The translations under genes and the position numbers were made by a program. A DNA stretch of 64,000 nt from Geosiphon pyriformis uo1 (taxonomy: Eukaryota > Fungi > Glomeromycota): positions 67,809 through 131,808 of the forward strand of contig JAAOMT010000144.1 in the NCBI GenBank assembly GCA_016748015.1, read 5' to 3'. The stretch's first letter is position 1; each line of letters opens with the position of its first letter. Shown piece by piece: positions 51,661 through 64,000 of the stretch. The notes under the pieces were generated by a model. That model did not search any database. It worked only from the letters and a program-made list of their open reading frames with translations, and had not been told where the DNA came from.

Positions 51661-54600
51661 GTATCTACCAAACCTAACAGCAAAGAATTTCATAACACCA
51701 AGCATATAAATAACACCAGCTAACAACCTGAAATTGACACTATTAGACAAGTCAGAAACCAAACTATTATCTCCAACCAAGCTGACCTTTTCCATATTCA
51801 CTTTATGTTTGGCTCTAATAGATTATATCTTATCACAATGTAACTTCACTACAAATCTGACGTATTTAACAAGAGCTAAAACAGCTTTTTTTTTCCCCTT
51901 AAAAACTAAGACAGCTTCAGCATACCAATCTTTTATTACAAAATCTTTGCAAATAGCCATATAAAGACTCACATCCAAAAAACACAATGAAGGCAAAAGC
52001 AAAATAGCAGATGTAAATAGATTCGAAAAACCAGACATTGACTTCCATTTTTCAGTAGCTTTAACCAAAATGTCCCCATGCAGACCAGAGTTACCAGAAC
52101 AGGTAAAAACATGGTCAGATAACTTTACCTTGTTACACATTAAGCACAACACTCCAGAGTAACTCTTCTTATACAATCTTTTTCTAATTGCAATCAGCAG
52201 CTGTCTATATACAGCCTTTATCAAATATGTGCACAGATTGGCTGATTTCCTACTGGTAAACCCAAACAGCATATGTGAATCAGAGTGCCAAACTGCTGCA
52301 GTAGTCTTCCAATCTATTTTTCTAATTATAACATCTAAAACAATATCAAAACTTAGACCAGCCTCCCAACAAGTATGGCATATTGACTGGTATAAGTCTT
52401 GAACAAAATGACGAATATTGCCAAATACAGCAAATCCTTCAGCAACCAGAAATCTTTTCCAAATTCCAACTGACAAAAAAAAAAATAAAGAAGTCGCCTT
52501 ATTAACTAATACATCAGTCTTAATATTATCTACTACACCTAAATGCCCCTTAACCTTTACCCACTTAATTGAAATATTTTTACTTATAAGGAGATTGTCT
52601 ATATGCAATATTTTGATTCAACATTGGTTATGGAAGTCAGGCATAGTGAAAGAGGTCTCAAAAGTGCATGCATCAATTACAGATTGACTATCTGAGTATA
52701 AAACCACTAAGCACGAAGATGGAATACATTTTAAAGCTAATACTACAGCCTGCAATACAGTTAAAGTAGAGGACAAAAACCTATCTATTCTAATCCCAAT
52801 ATCTGTATTTGTAGCCAGAAAGTATACAGCCACTTCACTCATTACCTTAGTAGAACCAACATATTGTAAGGATTCATCTGTATAAATCTCAATGCAATCA
52901 GACCACACCTCTAGTAAACTATTACAAACATCAGAAAATCCATCAAAATCCAAAACACTTAGCACATTTTTTCCACTAGCAGAAGCAGTACCGACCTCCA
53001 AAGAAACAGATTTGGTTATAAAATTAAATGTTAATGAGAACCAATAAGGCACTGGGCCTCTTGGATTCAACTGCTTTCAATGATAGAATGTCTTCCAGTT
53101 CATCATCTTTCCTTCCTTATTAAGAAGTCTGTCACCAAATGCAACACCAAATTATTTCAATGACAAAACAGATTTGAAATACAAGGACTGACCCAAGATG
53201 CTAGACATCGGAAAGTTACTACACCTATGAAAAGCACAAAGCAGATTGTTTGCCAATAACAACTCATTATTCAGAAAAATTTTCACCATCCCAGCCAGAA
53301 AATTGTTTACAGAACTAACATGCAATCTGACTGGAAATTGTAAAGGATCCAGAATAACCCACCTCAAAACTTGTAAATTCAAAAATTTATAATCAAATAA
53401 GCATCCCAGAATGTCATGGCTATTGAAAAATGAGATCAGTAATACCAGCTTTTCTTCAGACTGTACTTGCTCAAAGGACTTCAAACTATATAAAGAAGAA
53501 TAGTACAAGACCTCACTGAGAAAGTCACGTGGCAAATTAGCTTTGGCTTTAAGACTTTTTCTAATCATAATATTCCACTTACAATACACAGCTAAAGAAA
53601 TGAAACTGAATTGTATATGATAACCAACTATGGGTTGCAAGACTGCTAACACCAAATAACAGAATTATTTGTTTGTAATAGCCTTTTTTAACACTATATT
53701 AGAAAAAAACTTGATATTCACATGAGCTTGAGCCAAACTGAGTTTAGAGAAACCCTCAGTTGACAAAAATATGCCTAAATATTGGTGTGGCTCTTCTTTT
53801 TTAGCAATTGAAATTGGCAATCTATTAATTAATAGTGAGGCATTCTTAATTTTTTGATTGATTGAAATAGCTACCATTTTATTAATATTAATTAAAATGT
53901 CATTAATCACAAAAAATTCACTTGCAATGTTCAAAATATACTGCATAGAAGCATGACTACTACCAATCCAAATTGTATCATCAACAAATGCACCAGCAGC
54001 TAAAAAAGAAGTTTTTTTTCCACTTATTTTAATCCTGCCAGACTTAGCTACGAACCTAGAATTAATCCTGTACCCACATAAGTGTTCATGCTTTTTTATC
54101 TTACACAGAAGTGGGTCATTAAAGATCTTCCAAAACAGTGAAGAGAAAACCTCTCTCTGATCTAACTTGTCATGTATCTTGTAGTCTTTTAAGAGCCCAA
54201 AGTCTATCATTACTCTGTTAACCTGGTTTTCATGGATGTTACCAAAAAGTTGGATAAAGTGTTTACATATTTTTATGTGATACAAGCTTATTTGCAAATA
54301 ATGCCAGTCTACTAAATCATAGGCTTTGTACATATTTTGTAGTACCAATTAAAGCTCTCTGTTTTTTTCCAGAGCATTTTTAACAACCAAACCAATAGCA
54401 AAAATATGAGACTGGGTGGAAGTACTCTTCAACACTAAAAAGTTGTCACCACAAAGAACATTAAACTTACTACAAGCCAATAATATCTGATCATATAGAA
54501 TCTTAGATAGTATTTTATGTACAGTATTGACTAATGCAATAAGCCTAGTATTTGTTAGAACACAATTTTATTTGTAAGGTTTTGGAATTATAGAAATCTA

Positions 54601-57600
54601 TGCCTTTTTCTAGGGATTAGAAACTACACCCTGACTTAAATACAAATTCAATAGCCTCAAAAGACAGGCCAAAATCTTTTTACCACAATGCTTCTAAAGT
54701 TTATTAGGTATCCCTGACAATCCAACAGCTTTATTATTTGGTAGGTTATCAACAACCAAAGACAATTCCACCATACTGATTACATCCATTATACCAGAAA
54801 AAGCATTATCATTTACATAATCTAGAGGCATATATTGTCAAAACCAAAGGTCAGGCATTTTTGGAAAAATAGATTATTTTCTTGTCCACCCTTCTATAAT
54901 TTCATTGACCTTGAGCAATACCTCTTTAGGCTCAACAACCAGCTCATTATCTACTACTAAGTAATTCAAAACTACTTTGCAAAATGGATGTTTTAAGATG
55001 CTTTTTATTATTCTCCCTTTGTCAAAACAAAAATTTTCCATATAGCAGTCAATTACCTTTCTTATAGCAGTATCTTTAGCAATCTTAGACTCGCAATATT
55101 TGGACTTCCAATACTTCTTTCTTATTACTGACAAATGCTTAACCAACTTTACTGAGCTTACACCAGTCAAAATTATGCTATCAATCTTGGAAGCTTCAAC
55201 ACCATCAATAGCCAATCAGACCTTAATAAGACAGTTGAAATTCAATAGATTACTGGAATTCCAATATTTCAAAATCTTTGCAATAAGCTGTTCCAATTTA
55301 AAGAACTTCAAAGATTGTTTATTCTTTAAACAGTCACATTCACCATACCAAATCTTAGAGAAAACTGTATTGGCAGCTTGTACTATGGCCTCTTCCAGCA
55401 TTTTCCACATTGTATTTAAGTCATCGTTGTTTTCTGCCTCTTCAAACATATCTGACCTAACCAACAACTCAGCAGACACATGGTCCTTAAAGTCCAACTA
55501 CTGAATATAATTCACATTCTTTAAATTGAATTTCTATTGGTCTCTGTTGACTTGCTTGTGAATGCTAATAAAATAGACATCCAGTAATCCACCCAGACCA
55601 ATTAAAACTGAAACTGATTTATGATCTGAATTAAAAAACTCAAACACATCATTGACTTTATGCAATGCAATAGCAGACACCAAATTTCCACTCACTAGAA
55701 TAAAATCAATCACTCTCTTAACACCTTTAGAATTGCTCTAAGTAATTGCTTTGGCCAGCAAGTGCCCATTAAAAGTGTTAACTAGGCCCAACCCCAAACA
55801 AAACTTGAAACTTGCACTTTTCTAAGATCTATTTTTATTAAAGTCATCACTCAAAATCACAAAAGAGCTGGAATTAACTGCCTTGAAAATCATAGAATTA
55901 ATAACAGCAGCTTGACCAAAATGTGTGCCAACAGACACACCAGTATATAGACCCAAGATTATAACTGAAAGCTTGTTTCTGAAAAAAGGTGCACAGAGAT
56001 CAACTGACCAGGAATCTCATCTACTTTTGAAACATATTAAGCCAAAGAAGTGTTTATAATAATGCAATACCATTGCCTTAAAAACCAACATCCAAACCAG
56101 TAGTGAAAATCCAGACACCATCAAACTTACCCATAATCCAAGGCCTAATATCAGATCTCAATTTTGTTTTAGTAACAATAGAAATCATATTACCCAAATC
56201 CTTATGTCAACAAACAATGTCATCTTGTTTAGCCAAATTCATCATACCTCTAGTATTACATGTAGCCACCCTCCAAACAAGCTCATTTATTGATGCAAAT
56301 AATGTGTCAAGGAGCCTAAATTCACACACAACAGATCTAACTTTCCCAAAATCAAGTCGATAGAAACTTCAAGAGCTATCATTTTAAATTCTAACTCACC
56401 AACTTTAGAAGTCAGAACTTTTGAACTACTTAAATCCAAATCAACTGTTTTTTCTTCAATCTTGGGAGACGAAGGAAGAAGAGATGGCCATAGAATATCT
56501 AAAATCATATCAGCATCTGATATTGATAACACAAAGATAAAGACATCTGGATGTTCAACTTTGAGAACAAGCACCAGAAGCACCAGCTCCATACTATTTA
56601 ACTTGTGCAAAACATCTGATACTTGATCAGCTAACAATTCCAAAAAGCATTCTAATAAAGCCAGATAATTGTTAATTGAAGAACTATCATGATCGGCCAG
56701 AGTATCCCCTTTATCACAGACAACACCAAGAGAAGAAAAACCAGCTCCAGAGCCAGAACCAAAATGAGAGCCACCAAAAGGAGAGGCAATTGAAATTATC
56801 TGTGCCCAAAACTTGCCACCAAAAGCAGCAGAACAAAAGATAGGAACATTCTTCTTTGTGTACAGCTTTACTAGCTGAAGATGATGTACATCTGAAGTGA
56901 CCTTCTTAATAAACCTTAAGGATTTAGCATTGGGTGCAATAGTTGCATTACACTCTATAGCAGAATGATTAAAGTGTCCACAATTCTCACAGCAAACCAG
57001 ATCTAATCTAGCCCAAAAAAGTTTAACACCACCAAAAATTGGCTCAGTTTGATATGCAGATTCAAGACACTCCTCAGATTCAAAACCAACTACAGTGCAT
57101 CAAATTTGGTTGCCAGTATTAAGTGAGCAATTGATGATACAAGTTTTGCCACCAATCTTGTCCAAAAGAGTGTCCAGATTATGAGCAGTTATACCCATAG
57201 ACAAAGTAAACAACAAAACCCTAAACCAATCCCTTGATGCTCAGGTATTGTGATCTCTTTCAGCCATAGCCACATGTACCAAATCTTTACCAATTAGAAA
57301 GGACCATCTAGCAGCCAAAAGTTCAGTCTGATCTGATTTAGTAAATTTTACCATAGTCTTTTGCCACAACCCAATCAGTTAAACTTTGATTGACTTAATT
57401 TCACCAAACTCAGCTAAAGCAGTAATGATCATTTTCTTTGGTGTGTTCATAAGAATTTTTTTAATGACCACAGCCCAATTTGAATGGATTTCTTGTTTCT
57501 TAAGATTACTGTTTACATCGATTCCTTTTTCTCTGGCCAATGATGTGGTTATTTCTATGTTTTTTTCTGAAGTGAAGATAGATTAGATGATCTCTTCAAA

Positions 57601-60600
57601 TTTTGAGGGAGTAGTAGTCTCCCCAAAACCATTGACTAATGAAAATAATTTTCTGATAAATTGAGTTTTAGCTGTTACTAATTTTCCATCCACAGCTAAT
57701 AGATTAATGTCCAAAGTAAAAAATTTTTTTACTAATACTTCAACCTAAGTTTTCACAATTTTAGGATCAATTTACTTTTTGTCAAGAAAGAAGTTGAGAG
57801 AAGGAGGGAGAGAGCCCATTTTTTCATCCATTTCAAAGTCTATAACTTCAACAGGAGTACTACTAATTAAACCAATATTGCTTTTTTTAGCTTTGGAAGT
57901 AAAAGCTGCTAAGCCAAGGAGAAAACCACCATTTGAGCCCACTACAGAGCGACCAGTCTCATTGTTACTGAATTCACTGTCCATATTCGAATACATGTCT
58001 TCACTGATATCAGATTTGACTAACAAAATTTCCTTTTCATCTCCAGAGTGTTTTATATTGCCAACAAAAATCTTCTTTTTTTAAGAGAAAATACCACCAA
58101 CAGAGCCATGAAAAGCACTTTTTGGGCTTTTTTTCATAGACATACTGCTATTTGAAGCAGCCTTCAGGCTCACTACAAAGGGGTTATTAGCTTGAGAAAT
58201 GTTGAAAGTAATATAACAATGAGATAAAAAACAAAAACTTCTTTTTCAAAATTTGTTTTTTGGAGAATTTGGACAAAGGAGAGAAAGAAGTTTTTTTTTT
58301 TCTTTTTTTAAATTGCTTTGTATTGTTGTTTTAATTATAAAACTATTTATTAAAGAATTAATTAGATTAAAATCCAAACACTTCTTAAAACTGGTATTTT
58401 TTTTGAAATTATTTTTATTAAAATATCTTTTAAAATAATATATAAACTTTTATTTATTATCTTAATTATAAAAAAAAAATTTTTATTAGCTTAATTTAAA
58501 TATATAATTAATAAAATATTAATATAAAAACCTAAAATAAAACAAAAAACTTGTTTTTAAACAGCAATTTAAGCAACAAAAGTTAATTAGTTATTTTAAA
58601 TACTTTTAAATATAATGACTTAAATTATTGTTTATAATAATTGTCATGTTATAACTTAAATAATCAAAGTTTAAACCAGAAATAAAGACTTATATACTAT
58701 TAAACTTGTTTTTAATTTAAAACTTAATTTAACTTTTTAGTTTTATCTTAATAATAATAAATATTAGATTGTTTATTTTCTTGTTTTATTTAATAAAAAT
58801 TTTTTATTTAATAAGATTGTTTATTCTTTTTATATTAGACAACTTACTAAAAAAAATACAAATATTTTATTTTTAGAAAACAATATACTAAAATTTGGTA
58901 TTATTATATTAATAAAATTCAAAAGCTTATAAATACTAATTTTAAAATTATTTAATTGCTTAATAACATAAACAAAAACATTAAAATCTGCAAATAAAAC
59001 ACCAAGTATTTTTTTAAAAAAATTTTTTAAGACCATATTAAAATTGAGAACTGGATTTATAAAAAAAGCAGTATTTTAAAAAAAAATAACAAAAAAAAAT
59101 AAAGTATTTAATTTTTCAGATATTTATAAAACTTGATAAAAAAAAAAGCTTCAAACTTTTTTTTAATTTGTCTAATTATAAAATTGCAAATAAAAAGATA
59201 TTATTAGAGAAAATATTATTTAAAAATAAAATTTGTTTATTACTATTATCAACAAATCAATTAAAAAAGATTATTTTAAGACAAGATAACAAAATTTTTT
59301 ACAATTTTTACAATAAATTAAGTTTAATTTAGTCCAAAAAAAATCAACTCTATTATATACAAAAATAGTACAATAAATCTAATTTAATGTTTTTTTAAAA
59401 TCAAAACAAATTGTTATATATTAAACTTTAATAATAGTAGCAAATATATAATTAATAACACATATTTTTTTATTAGTTTTTTTCAAAAAATCTCTAAAAA
59501 TATATATTATTATATTTATAAGCAAAATAAACAACAATAATTCTTAAATAATTAGATTGTATAATTTATATTAGTTTTAATTATATGTATTAAATTTTTG
59601 CTAATTAAAATTAATAACTTAAATATTAATAGATCAATTTGGTCTAATTTAACAAATTTTATAACTGTTTTTTGCCATAGTTTAATAAGTTACTAAACTT
59701 AAATAAAACTGAAACAATTACATTCTTAAATATATTTATAAAAATTTTCTTAATAATTATAGCTTAATTTATTTAAATTTTTGTTTTTTAGATTAATCAT
59801 TATTAAGATCTTTTTTTTAATTATTAAAGTAATAATTTTTTTAAATCTATTAATTAAAAAAAATAATTTAATAATTAATAATTTTGTTATAGCAGATTTC
59901 TTTTAAATTTTAATATGTTAATATTTAAAACATAAAATTTTTTGATAAATACTTCTATTTTTTTCTTAAAAATTTTAAAATTAATCTACTTTTTTATTAA
60001 AAAAATAATATAATAAAAAGAAAAAGTTATTTCTTCACTTTTAATTAAAATTAATTATAACTAATAAAATATTTTCTTGTTTATTAGTATTTATTTTTTT
60101 ACATTTAGTATATTTGTTTGAAAATTAAGAAAACTTTTATATTTATTATCTATTTTATATTTATTATTAACTGTTTAAAAATTTACCAGTTCTTTTATTA
60201 AGTCTATTTTTATGTTTACAAATTACTTATAATCTGATATAATTTACAAATAACTTGAACTCCAAATCTATTTATTACTTAAGAGCTTAATATTTTTAAT
60301 TAATATTTTTAATTTCTGTAAAAAACTATTACTGACTAAGTTAAATGCAATATTTTTAGCTATTTTTTTTTGTTATAATACCATTTGTGATAGCTATTGA
60401 ATTTAAGACAAAAAATTTATATTGTATGAAATATTAATAATAATACAAAAAAAACAAAAAACTTTTTTTTCAAAATTATGTCTTTGGAAAATTAAATATA
60501 ATAAAAAAAAATTTTTTTAATTAAATTTGTTTAAAAAATGATAACATAATTAAAAAAGTCGAAGTTAAATTTAATGCTAATAATAACAAAAAATTACGAA

Positions 60601-62022
60601 TGTAGTTTTTTAGAATTCTTATATGTTTATATATAATTATTTTTTTATTTTGCAATTTTATAAGTTTAATAAAAACTTTAAAAATATTTATAAAAGATTA
60701 TCAATATATATTAATTTTAATTACTTAAAAAACTATAAATATCATATATAAAAAGTAAATATTTTTTAATATTATATAATTATTAACTTATTAAATAAAT
60801 ATAAAACAAAGACTCTTTTTTTATTCATATTTAAAATTATATCTAAAGCAAAAATTAAAATTAAAATTTATCTTATTTTTATTAGTTTTTAATAATAATA
60901 TTATATAAAAAGCTCTTTTAACAATAAAAATAATTAAACAATATTTTGTTAAAGTGTTTTTTTAAAATAATAAAAAAATAAAACAGTTTTTATTTTTGGT
61001 TCAAAGTTTTTTTTTTAAGATTTTTCCAGAGTAATTTATTAAAAACAGTCTTAATAATAATAATATTATTGTCAAAAATTCTAGAATTTTTAATTACAAA
61101 CTAATAATCAAGTTATTGTTTTTTTTTTTTTTTATTGTTGTTTGGATAATTAAAAAAGCCAAAATAACCAAAAAGCAACTTTTTTTTCAAAAATATTTCA
61201 AATAAAACTTTTAAAAAATAAAAAATTAAGTTTTTTGGATATTTTTTAAAATACTTTGATTATCTTAAAGTCTATTTTTTTTCTTTAAAAAATAAAAAAT
61301 TAATTTTTTTGTTTTTAGTGTTTTTACCAGTTTTGTATTAATAGTATTAATTACAATATCTAATTTTATTTTGAATAATAACAATAGTAACATATTTGTT
61401 ACAGCTAATTTAGATTAATATTAAATTATATTGTTTAATACAATAGATTTTGATTTTTTATTACTAATTTTAAAAGTAAAACAAGTTATATTTTTTACAA
61501 ATAATTTTAATTAATAATAATAATAATAATATGTTATTTAATTACAAAAATTATTTTTTTTTAAAAAAATTCTGTTAATTTTGGTGGTATTTAGAAAAAA
61601 ATTACTAATTGTTAAAAGTTTTTTGAATAAATGATTTTTATTTTGGCTATTTTTAAATTGTAAAATTTTCTGTAATTTTTGTTTTGCTTTTGGTATTTTT
61701 AATAAAATTATCAATATTAAATTGAAATTTGCTAATTTATAACAATATATTATTGTGTATTTAAATTTTTTGTAGTTTTTGATGCTGTTTTTGCTTGTTA
61801 ATTAGTAAAAAAACAGTATTGAATTTTTTTAATCAATTAAAAAAAGTTATTATTTTGTATAATACTATTGTAGATTAAAATAATATATTAACAAATAGCA
61901 AAAAAAACAAGTATTGAATAATAAAAAAATAAAAGAAAATTTGACTTTTAATATAAATGTTGACACTCAGTTTATGTCTTTAAAGACTTAAAAAGTTTTT
62001 CTGATTCTGTTATATTTAAAAC

Positions 62023-62240
62023 TTAATAGGTAGTATGGTCTTCTTTTGCGTTTATACAAGCTTTAATACGAGCAAACATGTTATATATATATTAGTACCA
62101 CCTCTTCTAGAGGATTTGCCCATTCTTTTTTACTATTCCAATGAAAACCTTTTGAGATATAGTTTTTTTTGCCACCATTCCTTCTACTTTTTTCTCAATA
62201 AGGTTGAGATCTGGGCTATATGATAATAATTGATGAAAGT
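62023..62240 (-). pseudogene. Tc1/mariner (IS630-Tc1) transposase C-terminal fragment
   Basis: The minus strand gives LLSYSPDLNLIE (consensus SPDLNPIE, carrying the catalytic E) and, downstream, NMFARIKACINAKEDHTTY* (consensus SMPxRxxAVIxAKGGxTKY). Confidence 0.75.
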
Positions 62241-63147
62241 CTTGCTTAGATGTGAAGGACATGTTCTGGAGAATGGAAATGTACCCGAACCTGAGAGCTA
62301 TTCCCGGACAACTTATTTGCCGACTTCTTCGAACGCCAGATGCCTTTCTTTGAGCGCTTTAATTTCGGCCGCCAAACGAAATGATTTTCGTGCATTAGGT
62401 AGGGAAAAAATAGATGAAAAGATGGACAAATCACGGCAGGAATAAATGAGGGGTTGTGTGACATCAGGGGCTAACCTAAAATAACATTTATGCGACAAAT
62501 TTTCTTGATTATGTTACCTCCATTACTTTCCGCCGGGACTATAGTATTGGACTACTACAAACTTACAAAGATTTTATAAAACAGCAAAAAAATTACATTG
62601 AACAAAATTACCTACATTTCAAAAAATTATTTTGAAAACTTTTTATTAAACCAAAAATTTGATGGTTTGGTCCATGTAATTAAAGTAATATATATAATTT
62701 TATACTTCATTTATTTCCAATTTTTCTTACAACTTATTAAAAAATGGTTTGGACTTTGAAATTTTTATTTACTATATCTTAAATCTTAAAACTGCAATTA
62801 CGTCAATCAATTATTATATTTTTTTGATTCCTTAGAGAAAATAACTGATATATTTTTACAGTGAGAAATTCTTTATTGTCCATTCTTTATAGTTCACTTA
62901 TTTGAAGATAAAAAGATGCTTTGTCAAAATATCTTAACTTTAAATTTAGGCCAATAATTATTGATACTTTTAAATACAAACTTATGCTTTTCGTCTCCGA
63001 CAATAATTTGCAAACATCTAATTTTCGTATTTATTTTGTAAATCCTCTTTTTGGAACTAACTTTTTTCAAACACCCGCTAATCCAAAATTCTCGATGCAA
63101 TTTTTGCGTAATCTAAGTGAAGTAGAAAGAGACCAACAAAGAAACAG

Positions 63148-63199
63148 ACAAACAAACAAACAAACAAACAAACAAACAAACAAACAAACAAACAAACAA
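63148..63199 (+). repeat. (AAAC)n microsatellite
   Basis: About 12-13 units. Confidence 0.9.
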
Positions 63200-63486
63200 C
63201 CAGACATACAAATAAACTTTCAAGATCCAATGATTGGGCGTTTTTATCAATTTGAGGAATATCTTTTATGGCGTAATTAATAAATTCCCAATTGAGAGGG
63301 AAGAAAGATTATATTAAGAAATACATGATTGAGCTATGCTCGATGCGTTTTTACAAAAATTTTTTACCTCTTATGTGCTACACAGTTTTACAACTTCTAA
63401 CTGTATTAAAATGTTTTTTTTTTTTAAATTTGGGTTAATATCGGACTCCAGGTAACGATATGTACTAATTTTACCGTTGAATATTT

Positions 63487-64000
63487 TCATTCAATATTAC
63501 TAGGGCCCAAAGTTTTTCTTAATGGGACATGAGTGACAAATAAACTAACTAGAGTGGCAAACCCAGCCGTGGGAACACCAATTTTAAATACATTTTGCAG
63601 GGCAATTACATAGGCATGAATTATAGGGTCTCTAATATCTTCGGGTAAGGTCCTTACAAACTCTATAGAATTCATGACTTGATCCAGGGGAATGTCTTCA
63701 GGTAAAAAATTTAACAAGCTACTTTCTAAAGAATTATTGAAAATCGCCCCACAAATGGCAAGTCCAAAAATACCACCAACGCTCCGAAAGAAGGTAACTA
63801 ATGTGGTAACAATTGCGATATCTTTATAATTCACAGATGATTGTGGTGATAAGAAGGCAGTTTGTAAAGAACATCCAAGACCAGCGCCGACAAGCCACAT
63901 ATAAGCTATTGCTTGAAGCTGATTTGTAGTCTCATTAAAAGTTCCCATCAATCCGCAACCAACGGCAATTGCTGCATACCCAAAAGTAATCCAGCCACGA
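63487..64000 (-). CDS. MFS DHA2 transporter paralog 3, 3' portion (runs off the window)
   Basis: RGWITFGYAAIAVG..GAGLGCSLQT..SVNYKDIAIVTTLVTFFRSVGGIFG..VMNSIEFVRTLP..HVPLRKTLGP, colinear with the other two paralogs. Confidence 0.93.
   Translation of the reverse strand, partial: RGWITFGYAAIAVGCGLMGTFNETTNQLQAIAYMWLVGAGLGCSLQTAFLSPQSSVNYKDIAIVTTLVTFFRSVGGIFGLAICGAIFNNSLESSLLNFLPEDIPLDQVMNSIEFVRTLPEDIRDPIIHAYVIALQNVFKIGVPTAGFATLVSLFVTHVPLRKTLGPSNIE

Larger units (their letters stand above)
47882..58300 (-). mobile_element. Full-length inactivated LINE of the same superfamily (LINE copy 2), interrupted by an LTR element
   Basis: The 5' end aaaaacttctttc...gaaaaagaagttttt matches copy 1. ORF1 runs from 58143 (MSMKKS) to 56287. 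ORF2 fragments include WRVATCN, LQNMYKAYD, AFVDDT, YLGIF, IYTDES, VKGHLG and CLMC..SDHVFTC. The 3' UTR and poly(A) are at 47882-48025. Confidence 0.92.

Noticed and set aside
62921-63280. 119-aa ORF with QTNK repeats
   Set aside because: It is the translation of an (AAAC)n microsatellite with a TTG start.

Overview
AT-rich, intron-containing fungal DNA. The style of the kinases and retroelements suggests Glomeromycotina, possibly Geosiphon-like; this is inference from family resemblance. Host genes: two tyrosine-kinase-like (TKL) kinases with an N-terminal Cys4 motif (one likely a pseudokinase), CDC42, an Mpv17/PMP22 (SYM1-like) gene duplicated across an N-gap by the assembly, a GRF zinc-finger/coiled-coil gene, a decayed HExxH metalloprotease-like pseudogene, and three DHA2-type MFS transporter paralogs. 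Mobile DNA: two full-length but inactivated LINEs (APE, RT and RNase H domains), a non-autonomous LTR element nested in the second LINE, two relic LINE 3' ends, a Tc1 transposase fragment, and long extremely AT-rich tracts that look like end-stage decayed repeats. Most notable: (1) transition-only C>T/G>A hypermutation concentrated in repeats, including many non-CpG sites; (2) a covarying multi-stem RNA structure in the LINE 3' UTRs; (3) an LTR element apparently primed by elongator tRNA-Met that carries a dUTPase remnant.
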